The notes: a model not told the origin generated them from the letters alone. A stretch of DNA of 40,552 nucleotides from Vicugna vicugna (GCA_013265495.1 MU058636.1:6917741-6958292), one strand, 5' to 3'. Positions 10,707 to 24,400 are shown, numbered from the stretch's first letter. Made by a program: numbers and translations.

Positions 10707-12449
10707 GGCTAGAGAAGGCTTTTTAGATTATTCTTGAGCCATTAATACTAATATTTAAGAAACTTACATTTTTACTATAGAGAACTACAAGCAAATATTA
10801 TTTATTATTTAAAAGCTAAAGATATAACAACTCATTATCTTAGTTATTTCCATGCTAACACAAGTGTATTTGTCATATACTCTGCAGAACAAAATTGCAT
10901 TTCCCTACAACTAATTACTTGTAAATGAATTAATTTTACATGTATTTTTTAAATATATATGTAAATGTACTAAATATACTGTTCTCTACATAGATCATGA
11001 AGTACTCAGAGGCAGAAAAAGAAAGTTTTTTACAGCAATTTTCAAGTAGTTTAAAGTGTCAAGATTTAAGTTAGGAATGTGCTGTATACTCAATGAATGT
11101 GGTTGTTACAATTTGTGTTACCACGTATATTGATAGTTACTGGGGTACACTAAATCATCTACTAATTGTGATCTCGTCAACACTGTGAGATCTAAGAGGA
11201 CCCAAAAAAACCTGCATAGAAATTAAATATATACGCATCATAGCTCATATTAATTTAATGGCCGTGAAGCTTCGTAGAATGCTCTACTGTAGTAAGAGTT
11301 ATATAAATAAACAGCAGGTTCAAATGAGATGACGTACCTATTGGATTTCAATCTGATATTCTACACTTCAAAACAAGAGTTCACCTGTTCACTGTTTCAA
11401 GAATTTAAGGTCAAAACAATAAAATAATACAAAATAAGTGTTACAAACACAAAATAATAACTTAAAGTACCATAAATTTAAACACTGAAACATAGAGCAA
11501 TGAATGAGTACGTAGTGTTATGAAGTGAAAATGGGTGGCTTTTGAAACGACTTCTACATTTGGAATATTCTGAAATGATCATATTAACTTTCACTTCCTG
11601 GCTCCATTTCTGTTTCCTTTATCTTAAAGCATTCACTGTTGTCTTCTGTAATAGATATGAACTGCAACCACTGTACTCAGGTATTTAAGTCCAACTTAAT
11701 TTGCCCTGAGTTCCCTCCATGGGGTTGTTAGAAAATTCAATCTCAGTTATTAATAGGAACCCTCCCACACACTTCAGGATTACACACAGATTCTAGTAAT
11801 CTTATTAATATAAAGCTCAGGATCCTCATTTCCCTCTGGGCTCTAGAAATATGCTTGATTCATGAAGGCAGGGATATTTCTGGGCAAAATTAGGCATTGG
11901 GTTCTACATTAACTCAAGGAGCTGTGGTACCTAGGGTACCAGCCATACGTGTTCCTGCTACTTCATTTCATTGAAAGTATATGTATCGTCCACTTTCAAG
12001 ACATTCTTCTTACATCATCTTCTTCGTTTTGGAATAAACTACCCAAACCCTGGATATCTCAATCTCTTTACCCCTCAAGTCTCTATGTCCATCATCTCTC
12101 CTGGGATAATTCAGCTACTTTTTAAAGGGAACATCTCATCTGCTAAAAAGATTAGGGTAGCGTCAGGTCTCCTAGATTCAAAACCCTGCTTGTTTTGAAG
12201 AAGTTGGTGTAGAGTTTAGTGGGGATTTTGCTTATTTCTCTGATCCATTTTCATTACTTGGCCCAAACCTTTCTGCAGTCATCCTGGATATCTGTTTGAT
12301 CTGTAGGTTCTATAACCATGGAACAGGTTCTGTTTCTCCTTGGGTATTCGAATCTTTGACGTTCAACTCATTGTGTTCTAATTGATTGAGGTTATTAGTT
12401 CTAACTGCTCTAATGGAAAACATAAGTCTAAAATTAGGTAGAGTCTTTA

Positions 12450-12650
12450 TGACCTGATGGTTAAATAGTGAGGAAAGAATCAAGGATGTTGCACAAGTTG
12501 CTGTCATCGTTCCTTGGGGGGAATAGTGGTACCATCTGTAGAACTGAAAAACGTTGAAGGAAGTGGTGTAGATGGAAAGATGATTGTTGAGTCTGCCTTG
12601 CCTGGGGCATATTCTAGTGGGAATGTCCATCAGAAAGAAGGAAATAGAGC
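12450..12650 (-). mobile_element. L2 fragment
   Basis: 'gaggaaagaatcaaggatg...gaatagtggtaccatctgtagaactg...ggaaagatgattgttgagt' resembles antisense L2. Confidence 0.55.
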
Positions 12651-12919
12651 TCCGTATGACAGCAGGTCACTGCTTATGTCTGTGTTAACCTTAGACATGG
12701 CCAGAACATATTTTTCCAGTCCCTAACAAATTTTGTCTCTCCTATTCCTTGATTTACTTCTTTCTCTCAGCCTTCCCTCTCCCCATCAACACATACACAA
12801 ATTGTCCCTCACTAGTTCCTGTCAGGAATACATCTATATGCTTAATTCTTCCAAACACTGAAAATATTTAGAATATGAATTCTTCCAGGATTATGTAATA
12901 CTGGATAGTTTCATCAAGA

Positions 12920-13400
12920 CAGAGGAGCCAGAATATTAAGATAACAAGTAAGAAGGTGGTTGAAGTGATAGAGTAGTAAGTGGTAGACTTAATCTAAGAT
13001 AATTCAGGAAGGGAAGTAAAGAAAGAAGGATGTTGATACACAGACAATAATGGAGTCAAGAAAACAGAAATAGTGAACTGAAAGGATGGAAGTTCTAGGA
13101 TGTTTGAATTTAAAAGTTCACAAATACATTAGTACAAAGTTGACAAATCCAGAATGTGGTCATGAAAATAGTTAAGTGGAGTTGAGTTGAAAATCATAGT
13201 AAAGGTCAAGAAACTGACAGGATGGAATCTTGCATGTGGCACTTATGTTGAATTACGCAAGATAATTCCAGTATTTGGGATGGAAATGAAGATTGTCAAC
13301 ATCTAATTTTTCAGTAAATAAGAGGAACAGCTTGGGAGGCTGGTAGAGTACTCCAAATGGGGAAGGGACAAAAGTGGCATTACTCAGATTCGTCAAGGGC
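12920..13400 (-). mobile_element. L2 internal (endonuclease-region) fragment
   Basis: 'ggatgtttgaattt...tgacaaatccagaatgtggtcatg...aggtcaagaaactgacagg' resembles the antisense L2 ORF 5' region. Confidence 0.55.
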
Positions 13401-13442
13401 CTTAAAGGAGTCTCAAAGTTCATCTTCCTGTTAAAAAAAAAG

Positions 13443-13484
13443 TATATATATTATATATAGAGAGATATAAATATATATATATAT
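13443..13484. repeat. Interrupted (AT)n microsatellite
   Basis: Read directly from the sequence. Confidence 0.85.
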
Positions 13485-13784
13485 CAGGTCCAAAAATGAA
13501 TAGTGTAGAAAATATACTACAAGGTCTTAAAGCTTTAACAGCCCCCCGTCAGATCATATTCCCTGATTGAACTCTAATGCAGGTCATAAAGGTAAGTGCA
13601 ATAATTTGAAAGGACTGGGTAATTTTAGATCAATAGGGATTGCATAGATGAGGACCAGAAATGCCTGTTATTTGGATGTGAAAGTGGACGAGATGAACCC
13701 TCTATGACCCAAATGATTATCAACATCATTTCTGCTGCCGTTTTTCCTAAAATATATAGATTTTTAAAAAATAGTATGATTATA

Positions 13785-13812
13785 TTTATATATTTGGGGG
13801 GAGGTAATTAGG
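13785..13812 (-). mobile_element. Extremely 5'-truncated camelid SINE tail (28 nt) between 22-bp direct repeats
   Basis: TTTAAAAAATAGT(A/G)TGATTATA at 13763-13784 and 13813-13834. Insert 'tttatatatttggggggaggtaattagg' matches the recalled antisense 3' tail of camelid tRNA-SINEs. Confidence 0.65.
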
Positions 13813-16800
13813 TTTAAAAAATAGTGTGATTATAGTAACTCTCTCCAAAGTAAGACAGTTTGTAAAATGCTTAAAATACACAAACGATGATAATGAAGAA
13901 AATCAATATGCACATGTACAACAATAAATCTCACAAAAATTAGAGTACTTTCTCAGCCATGGAAATCATTAGTTTTAAAATGAAAATTTGTGTTTTGGAT
14001 CTCCACAGTAGTGAAACTTCTCCTTGGCTTACAAATGGCATAAAGTTTAAAATTTTTGACCATTTGCAACAAGTGCCTAGAGTTAAAGTGAGTTCACCAC
14101 AGTCCCTCAGTCCTTTATTTGGCTGCTAATTAAAATATTCACATACCAAACTGTAGAAAATGTTTTTCAAGCAGTAACATCTGGTATCTTGGCAGATGGC
14201 AATTTTGTTGGAATCACTGAAGATAGTACTTTATTAGGCTATTGAGAAAACTCTCCGGGCTCCTTTGATGTGATTGTTTTTATAAGCTTGCTTTTTGGGT
14301 TAGACATTTTTACTTAAATATCACTACACTCCCTAAAATAATATGTTCAACTCATTGACCTTTTGAAGTTTATCGAAAGTCATGAAAACATTACAAACAT
14401 TTAGGAATTTGAATTGAAGCAGTATTTTTCTTTTTCCTCTTTTTATATCCTCTTTTTATAACATCTCCTTTTTTGTTTTTACAAATGAAATGAATAAATT
14501 CATTACAATGATATTGCTCTGTATTATATGCACACTAAAATATTATGCATTAGGATGTGAAATTTTTTTTATATTTGTTTTCACAAATAGTGTAGTGTCT
14601 TTTGTCAATAAGAAGGGTTGCCTGTTTAGTTGGAAAGCACCATTGCCCTAGAGTGCTGTATTCTGAAGTCATCTGTCAGGGATACAATGTAGAGAAGGAA
14701 GACTATTTATGTTTATGGCATTTTAAGTAACTGAGTTAAACCCTTTGGAATATAGAGAAATGGCTTATTTACTGTCATCACTGTTCACTTAATCTTGTGA
14801 CCCTGACATGATAGCATTCCCATAAATCTCCCTGTGGGTAGTTCAGTAAAACAGATGAACATCAGAATGTAATGATTGTTTCAGCTTTAGGAATTAACTA
14901 TGTGATGGAGTAAATATGGCCCAGATAGTAATACTACAGAAGCATTTTACCTCTCCCTTTTTCTAACAAATAATACTAGAAAATAATTATTTGTTATAAT
15001 TTATATTCTATTTTCAGATAGTATTTGCAGTTTTAATAGTCATTAAGAGAAAGAAAATAGATACAAATAATATACATAACGTGACTATTTTTTAAAAGCA
15101 GTTTCAATTTTTTGACATACTTATGTTGGCTTTTACAAGGATATTTTACTGTAGCTTTACTTCATATTATGTTTTCATTGTACTGCATCCCTGTATTAAC
15201 TTTTATGTATGCACTCTTTTTAATATTTAAGATTATGTAGTTCCTAAAGCTTAAAGTCTTAACATCAGTATTTTTTTTAACCCCACCCTTTTTGTAAGCA
15301 AGGTATTCTGGGGGAAAAATTGAGGGCATTGAGGCACTCAAGAAAAAATAAATAAATAACCTGCAGCATTAGGATAAATTAATGGAAGAAGCTGAAAGAA
15401 CCTAACCTGACGGTCACTTGTCACTGTACTTACATGCCAGAGACCATCTCCACAAACTGGAAGAAAATCCAACTTTGGTTCAACATTTTGTAAAAGTAAA
15501 TGCTATTAATGTTGCTTTACAATAGACCTATAGGATGAAATGATCTTAAAGCACGTTACATTTGTTTCCCACCAATTTCCATACGTATAAAATTTTTTGT
15601 CAGTTTTGTTTGGTGTGGCAAAACCTCCAATCCTTTTTTCAAACAGGATTTCATACTTTGGCTACTATTAATCCAGTTTGCATGGTAATAATAAATTCTA
15701 AACACCAAATGTATGCAGTAAAATGTAGAATCTATGGGAAAGATTATAATATTTATGGTTTTATACAAAGATTATTATAGAAACATAACAAATCTGTAAA
15801 ACATACTCTCATAAGCATTTTTAGTGGCAATCCAGGCAGGAAACACAGAAAGTGAATCTCTGAAGCCTGTCAGCAAAGGAGACCAATTACTAATATGATG
15901 CAAGTTCCCAGAAAAATAATATGAATCATGTATCTTTACTAATTGAATCTTAGACCACTAGCATCAAGTTGCAAAACGGTCTTCCATGAAGAGAAGGTTG
16001 ATGTGTATCATGAAGTGAATGGTCAGCTCCTTTACTTTAGATGTAGACAACTGAGCCCTGAGAAGACTTTCTTCTGTTTTAATAGCCTTTCAAGCTAATA
16101 TAAGCCCTAAACACTTGATTCATATGATTTTTGTGGAAGCTACAGATTGTAATGTCTCTTTGTGGACAGTGTTAAGACAAACTTTTTTTTAAGTGGGATT
16201 TTTTTCTGTTATCATTATTCAGTTAAGAGTTAACCAAATTGCAGTCAAACACTACAGATGAAGATACTGTTCAGTGCCAGGGACTAGGGCTTTCCATGAG
16301 GAGGATATTTATGCCTTTCGAGGCTTAACATAAATCTTAAAAATTGAGTACGCCTGGCTTTTGTATGAAGAAAGACTTTTGAGGTCTAGGCAATAAAATA
16401 TGCCAAATATAAACTATCACATAGGCATTTTTAGATCTTATAAGCTAGATTCATCCAGTTGAGAAGCTGAGTGTGTTCTAGGGCACAGTAAGATACATTA
16501 TTAAGCAGTAAATAAATAAACATGAAAAAATACAGCTAGCAAAATACCTTGTTAACTTCTTTAGAAGCAGTCATTATGAATTTGATAATTAAGTGGATAA
16601 TTGAAATTTTTACCTCCCAGTAGATTTGATGGTGTCATGGTCAGAGTTACGTGAGTGTTGGTTTCAAGTATTTCTAGTCCAGGGGCACTTAATTGATGGA
16701 GAACCTTGTGACTGTCCCCTTGAAGGAACACATACTTAGTTTAGTTTAAAGTAAAATGGATAAATTAGTTCATTTTTGTGTAATTCTCTTCACATATAGA

Positions 16801-17599
16801 TCCTTCAGTCTGTATCAAAAGTAAGGTTTTCTGCTCTGCCTTAACCCATTACTCTCCACATCATTTTCGTGAGACTTCAACTTTGGCCAACTCAGATTGC
16901 ATCTATAAATTCAGTCATCTCACAACCTTACATACTCTCCTGACTCAAACTTTGTGGCTGCTCTCTGCTTTTCTAATACTGGTGTATAATCTAGGACCTA
17001 GAGGAGTAAAATGCCTCAGATTTGTCACTTTATATTTCTTGAATTTCTTCAGTATCTATTCTGTCCCAGTTGAAGCCAATTACAGTCTCACTTATGTTCC
17101 TGCAACTCAAGATTACTTGTTTCTATTCTGGATATTTATTATAAATCCCTTTATCATTATTAACACCAGTATTCTTTGTTTCATTTTTGAAACAATCTAC
17201 AACTCCAGATATTTTAATGTACCTCTCTGATGATATTTTTAACATTTAAAATTTACATTATTGTTAATACACAGTACACGTCTCTTAAGTAGGCTGTGAA
17301 GATTAAAAACATATTAAGTGCAGATCTTAGTTATTATAACCTTATGATATATCACTCCTTACTCTATATTTCCCAAAGAGATAACTTCTTAACTATATAA
17401 AAATCCAAAAGTATTTAAATTACACTTAAAGTGTGCTGTATCAACTCAGTTCAGTGTGTTTTGGGTTTCGGATGCTGGGTTTAGAAAAGCATTGTTAAGT
17501 CCACTAACCCAGCTCTGCCTGAACACTAACACACTTGAATCATCCAAGGCACATACTTGATGTCCACTGGCTGAAGTTTGTTAAAATCCCTCATGGTCA

Positions 17600-17897
17600 G
17601 ATCAGAATTTACAACTGTTTACTTGACGTCTTTAACCAGGTATCCTATGAGGTCTTAAAGTGAATAAAGCTGACCTTAATTGTTACACTTTTGGTTTAGC
17701 CCTTTCCTTCTCTCTGTCTTTAATACTTTCTTACTTGGTTTATTTGTATATTGTATATTTATTCTTTTTACTGCCAAACTCTGTGTTCCTCAGGAGTTGA
17801 AGTTGTTAGTGTGTATCTTAGTGACTGACATGTAAGAGGTGGTCTGTAAATAAATATTACTAAGTAAGAAAGTGAATGAATGAAAAAATGAATGAAC
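17600..17897 (+). mobile_element. Degenerate L2 fragments ending in the (GAAT)n tail
   Basis: 'actgtttacttgacgtc' ... 'gtgactgacatgtaagagg...aataaatatt...gtgaatgaatgaaaaaatgaatgaa'. Confidence 0.5.
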
Positions 17898-18269
17898 GCA
17901 AGACTTCAAAGTACCTGTAACTGGTCCCCCAAAATTCTGAAACATTAGCAAATGTACCAAAAAAGAATAATAATACTATTTAGGTATTTTTGCTAACATT
18001 TCAGAAATTTTTAAGTTTGGATAAAGAACTGAATAAGAATACACTTTACTTCTGCCTCCACTTCTTTCTGCTTAACCTTGAGATATGGAAAGAATGAATA
18101 ATACTATTATTCAGAATATTTTGAATATATTAACTATAATATTTTATGTATTTGGTAGAATTCTAATTTTCATTACATCATTTGGAAAACTTTGAACATA
18201 AGAAAAGTAAATTAAATTGATAAGTGTAAATTTTAAGTGTATTAACATTAATTATAAGTATTAGGTAAC

Positions 18270-18455
18270 TATATGGATAGTATTATATTCAAGCTTTGGA
18301 TTCTGACAGACTTCAATTCAATTTTTGTCTCCAAAGCTTCAGATTTCTATAGCTTTGGTAAGTTTTCTAAGCTTCTCCAAGCCTCAATATTTTTCATTTG
18401 TAAAATATGGCATAATAAATACTTTATAGAATTGTGGAACATAAATTAGAAAACA
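18270..18455 (+). mobile_element. MIR SINE
   Basis: 'gctttggattctgacagac...tttggtaagttttctaagcttctccaagcctcaatattttcatttgtaaaat' is the MIR core. Confidence 0.65.
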
Positions 18456-19929
18456 AAATCCTACAGTTTCATCAGCTGTTATATTAAATAAATGAGTACT
18501 TCAAATTGGTAATAATGTAGAAGGAAACCTAAGGAATAACTTATTGGCATCTTTACTGGTTTATTTTTCTAGTTTAAATATGTACCATATTATATTTAAT
18601 TCTTGGAATATTCATCGGCATATTTTAAGCTCAAAACATCTGTATAAGCTTAATAGTATCTTTACTGTTCTGATTTCTAATAATTTACCTTATGATCTTC
18701 TTTTATAATTCTCACTGTTATCCAAATGAAAGCAATTATTAATTGGCATTGCACTTCTACAAATATATAGAAATACATGCCTAGAATATTTAGTAGAAAT
18801 AACTTTCCTAAATAAAGTTGTAGCAGAGTATTGTTCATTAGTAAATTTTTTCCAAGAAAAACAGTATCACCTACAGTACTGTAAAGTCAGATATTCAGCC
18901 TTTGGTTTTAAAACCTTTGGGCAGTTTTTTTAAAAATTATTAAATTTAAAATGTGTTTAGGTTTGTTTTTTCATTTCTGGGTAATTAACTATTATTAATC
19001 ACCTTGGTGTGACTTTCCTGGCCTTTCAAAAAAGTGCATATACAACTTTCAGATACTTCTCCTAGATGGTGTTTGTTTACCTAGTTAAAATCTGGTTCAA
19101 AATTCATGGTGTACATTCATTTCTTTTGATTTTGAATTAGAACCTGAAACATCTATTTTGATTCAAGAGTTGTCAGTCATGCCATTTCATCTCTAGGCCA
19201 TTTCATATCCATTTGTCATGCTCTTTTACTTGTTCGGCAAGTTTTTATTAAATTTGCCAAGTGACGTTTAAGATGGTTATGATATTTTTCTGTACTTGTT
19301 TAAAAAAATGGAAGACTTAGGAAATCCTCTCCTATTTATTCAAAGAATGAGATTATGTCAAGCCTCATCCTCTTGACTTTGACTTTTTGTTTTTCCTCCC
19401 TTCACCTTAAGTGAATCATAGTTAAGCACACACATTTTCATGTTTCATTCTTTACTTCCACTACATAAAAGGCATGTGCAACAGTGTTTTTATATAATAC
19501 CATATTGTGTCAGTGTTCTTCAAATATCTAGAAAGGTGGCAAGTTAACTTATGTTCTCAGAAACTGTGTGAGATTATAACACTTAGGAGGCTGAAATTTA
19601 TATTTAATGGGAGAATGTTGGCTTTGCAGTAATAAGTTATCTGGAATATATTAACTCATAAAAATTAAGAAATTTAGGAAAACCATTAGACATGTTTCCT
19701 AAGTGAATTTTTTTATTCATAGTTACCTGAATTAATATGAATATTTGTTATTTCCAGTTACTTAATAAATTGTTGATTCTTGAATATTTGAAAAGCAATA
19801 CTTCTGTGTTAAATATTTTTACCTTAGAAGTGTTTTAAGGGGAAATATATATAATTGGGATATAATTAGTCAGAGACTAATTGGATAGTATAAACTATAA
19901 ATCTTTATTGTTTGTTATTGTTACTTTTT

Positions 19930-20028
19930 TTTTCTTCTTTTTCTTGTTTTTTTAATTGAGATATTGGGGTGGAACTCAGGACTCATGCATAGGAAGCACG
20001 TGCTCTACCACTGAGCTACACCCTCCCC
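19930..20028 (-). mobile_element. tRNA-Ala-derived SINE (camelid type) with 16-bp TSD
   Basis: Minus strand reads GGGGAGGGTGTAGCTCAGTGGTAGAGCACGTGCTTCCTATGCATGAGTCCTGAGTTCCACCCC (A box intact, B box degenerate), then an A-rich tail. TSD GTTATTGTTACTTTTT (19914-19929) / GCTGTTGTTACTTTTT (20029-20044), 14/16 identical. Confidence 0.88.
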
Positions 20029-20611
20029 GCTGTTGTTACTTTTTATTTTTTTAAGTTCTTTTGGTTTTTTTAACTTTTGTTTCTGGTCAAGAATAGGGAA
20101 AGAGAAATGACCCATTATTTCCATGATCTGAAGGTTTTAGTGCAGCAGCTGAGCAGCTCACTTGTATTCAATGCTACATTAACTTTTCCATTAAGCGGAC
20201 TGCTGTAAAGTACAGAGCCCTTAAGCATTATGAACTTGCTGTCTGGCATTTGTTCATTGATATGGCTGCTGTATTTGAATGTTGCAGTCATTCCAGAATG
20301 AAAGCTTTCGTCACTTTTTAAGAATGTTATTTCTTTCATTTTGAATTTAAATTTCACTTCACTGCTGTGGTTTAAGTGTCTGTAAACATTTTTATAAGCC
20401 TGAATCTTTTTCCTTATTTAGAATTTCTGTCACTTTAATGACAATGTAATTATAGTGTTACTCGTATTCATAAAATCCAGATTTGCAAAAGACAAATCTT
20501 ATTTTAGGAAAAAAGCAAATACTTTACTGTCACGTATGTCCTTTAGTTCTTTTTTCCTTTTTTTTCCCCCTTGTTTTCATTAATTCTATAAATTATCCCA
20601 GTTGTCTAGAA

Positions 20612-21470
20612 TGATGTGGGACCTGAGGAATGGTCTCCAGGAGGTTAGACTCTTAGGGGGAGACTGATGATGGAAGGAATAGGGCACCCTCCCTTCTGGA
20701 TGGTTAGGCTGTTGAAAGAGAGGGGGGATTTAGTTGTGGTTAGGAAGAGGGGTTGTGAAGTTGTGGGCACATGCTCCAGGAAAGGGAGACTGCAGAAAAG
20801 CTGCTGTTAGCCTGCTTAGTGTTACAGGTGTGGTTCCCCAGTGAGCAGGCTGGGGAGTTCCTGTATTCCCCTCAGCCCTGTCCAGCGTTTCTTCCTAGCA
20901 AATGTTCGGGCTCCTTGCTTCCTGGTGAGAAGATAAATTCCATGGTAATGGAAAGACTATGACAATCAAATACCCTTTGTTTCATGTTTCTTTAAAGAGC
21001 TAAGCAATAGGGAAAGAGCTGAGAAGAACCACGTTTATGCTGTGAGATGTTTTGTTTGTTGCCAAGTTGAGATTGAGTTGTTTTGTCTTGTGGTTGTTTT
21101 GTGTGTGTGCATGAGTGCATTTTTTTTCTTTTTGTTTTTGCATTTTTACTACATGGAGACTAAGAGAAGAGACAGACTTCCCTACCAACTATGGGAGTGA
21201 GCTGCAGTGGTAGCAGGATGTTGATGCTGATCAAACAGAGAATCAAACTAATGAACAGTAAGGACCAGCAGCAGATATGGTGAAACATCGGGTAGAAAAA
21301 GAAGCTCATTAAAATATTGATCTGTGATTGTGGAGGAAGACACATGGAAGAACCCAGTCCCCTGCCAATGAAGGACTAAAAGGTCCATTTAGGTTGGACT
21401 GATGAGGCTGGCGGAGAGAAGGAATTATCCCTTGGGGATTAGGGTTTGCCAGGCTATCCCTCTTGTATAA
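20612..21470. mobile_element. Probable ancient solo LTR (MamGypLTR/LTR85-88-like)
   Basis: About 850-bp GC- and purine-rich block with sharp edges in AT-rich flanks, starting 'tgtgggac', with no ORF homology. Family assignment is by general resemblance only. Confidence 0.35.
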
Positions 21471-24400
21471 TAGTAATCTTTATTTTCTGTAATTTTGATG
21501 GTTAATTTAATTTCCCCAAATATAAATGCTTCCAAACTTTTGCATCTGAAGCATATAACTGTCATGAAGCAGCAAGGTGCTGCCTCTCATTTCATAACCT
21601 TGTTAAAATTTACCTCTTCCAATGAGTAATTCTCTAGCTCAGATTCCATTGGTCTTTGAACTATCCATCCTCCTGTTTAGCCTTCCAGTTGTCTCTAACT
21701 GATTTTGAATTGTTTTCTGGACCCAATGCTTGGAAGCCATTTGACTTCTGCCTTCATAGTTGCTTCATTTAAATTCTGATACGTTCCATCGGTATAGTTC
21801 TGTCTTTATGACTTTTGTTATACCTGTCTTTAATTTATCCAATCAAAACAAATAAATACACCACAAACATACACAAGTACATAATCTCACTCCCTACCAA
21901 AAACAAAAACACTGAATTGGGTCTTTTCATTGAAATCTTATATCCTTACTCTGGCCTTTTCAAGCTCTTTACTAATCACTTTAAGAAAGCAACTTAGAAG
22001 AGATAATGCCCTATCATAGTATTTTTTTCCAAAGAACCATCATAGTTTTTCTGATTACAGTGTAGCTTTACTATTAGAAGGATAAAATTTCATTCTTATG
22101 GTATAGTGATATTGTATCAATAATAATGATAATCTTGATAATGATATATCAGCCTTGAATTGATATATCATTGAATCTTAGTGTCATGGGAAAAAAAGGA
22201 ATTTAGGTATACAGAATGAGGAATGTGCTTGTGTGTGTATCTAGGAATAGACCTACAGAAACTAAGGTCAATCTATTTTTGTTTCATTGCAACTTATATT
22301 TCGGAGGTGGCTGGCATGGCCTTTGAAAAACAAAACTTCAGTAAAATCTCTCTCCCTCATAGACACAAGTCTGTTTTGCTAGTGGAAGCTAAAAGATAGA
22401 GAAAGGTTTATAACTTACAGGAATCAATGTCTGCAGTCAAATTCCAGAAAATGCAATTGATCATTCTAAGTATATTTTGGAGATTTCCTGGTACATGTAA
22501 ACTACATCATGACATTGGCTGGCCTTTTAACATCCTCTGCTTATAAAATTAGCTTTGTCATCTTTGGGTGTTGGTAAAGAATGCAGTTAAGGTAAGGATT
22601 TTGGGTTCTAGGGTAGATTTTACTTTATAGGTAAATCAAGTTGATAGATTTAAATTTCAAATAAACAGTGAAATGAACCATAGATTACTGTAGCACGAGA
22701 GAAGAAGGCAAACAAAAGGCATGAGAGGAATTAGCAATTTTTTTTAACTTTAAAGTATGACATATATGAAAAGTACATATATCATAATGAAAAAGATCCA
22801 TGGAGCTATAGTCTAGTTTGTGAGATCATACCAATTCTTAGGTAATTATAATATTAACATAAAGCAATATTTAATAATATTTGAGTGAACCATTAACTGG
22901 ATTGTATGCTTTATAAAGAAATAGATGAATATTCAGACTTTCCAGTCCCAAAGAATAGCACAAGATTGAAACAGCCAGGCTTGTTTTATTACATTAACTT
23001 TTCCAGAATAAAGTGTAAGAATGGTAGTAGTTAAAGATAAGACTGCAAAAGAGAGTTCAAGTTCAATCGAGGAAGGTCTTGAATGCCCAGCTAAAGATTA
23101 GACCTGGTTGTGTAGGCAACTCAATTTTACAGATAAGAAAATGTCTTGAAAGGTCATGACCTGCCTGTGTATGATATAAAATCAGAACTGGAGTTCATAA
23201 GAAAAAGAATGTAATTTTCTTGATCCTTAATGAAATTTTCTACCCCTTCCAAACTAGTTTCTCTGACTAATTATTACAATGGTGTTACTTTATACTCATA
23301 AAATATTGTTCCTTGTCTTTTTTAAATTATATTCTTCTATGTCTAATTATATTCCGTTGTAAAACTAAATTGATGAGAAATGGGAAAAAAAAAACAATTA
23401 TTCTTTAGCCATGACAAATATAATAGGCATTCATGTCATATGATACTGAATGTTCAAATGAGGTCACAGGGCACTTGAGAAAAGGAAACAAGCCATATAG
23501 GACCCCTGGCCGATGAATGTGAGGAAAACATCTTATGTAGGGTACTAACCAGGATATTTATCACTTAGTGCTAAAAGTCTGGTGACATGATAACAAGGTT
23601 TTTTTGTAGTAGTCATGATACCAGAATCCTATAGAATCTCTTCGTGATGCGTTCTTTACACCATTAGCTCAATGCTTCCTTAAACAAGAGGAAAATGGCC
23701 ACAGGTTTCATTGGGAATGATGAAAATGCCATTATCTATTCCCTTTTTGTACTGTCTTTTTTATCTTAATATTCATAGCAAATCATCTATCTTTATTTTC
23801 TTTAACATATTTAAGCACCACAAGGGTTAGCCTTAATTTATAGTCAGAAGTACAGGAAACATAAAAGGAGAAAAAAAATATTAAGTGGATTTTGGAGTTA
23901 ATAATTTTGTTGTCATTTTTATGTAACATAATGGCTCTTGGGTGGTAAATTATGTATTTCAGAAAACACTAGTGCACATAAAAATGGTCAATAGATGACT
24001 GTAAAATGAATGAATCAATGTATAAAGTAACTGAATTGTTATTATCATTCCTTCATAAGCCTGGAAATAAATAAGGCATTATTCTTTTCTCATTCACTCT
24101 CAACTTTGCAATACACTTACATTTTCAGAAAGTGTTATGGTTATTTATAATATTATCCCTTTTATAACAATAAAAATATCTAAATTTTATAACATGAACT
24201 AAAAATTCTTAAGTTGAATTAAACTGAAAATGAAAATGCTTAACTTTGGCAACAAGGGAATATTTAGTTCAGTTTAGCTCCTAGATTAGACTTCTATGGG
24301 CTGTATTTCAAATTTGAACTTGTACTAGAAACAAATGAGTCATCAGTCTGGTACAAACAATGCCACCTTAGCACATGGTTCTCTTGTGCCATCTGCCTTT

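Noticed and set aside
11560..12425. Possible LTR-type element
   Set aside because: Composition is suggestive, but I could not identify termini, a TSD or a family.
19955..20028. Possible tRNA-Ala gene
   Set aside because: Anticodon arm and B box are degenerate, and it has an A-rich tail and TSD, so it is a SINE.
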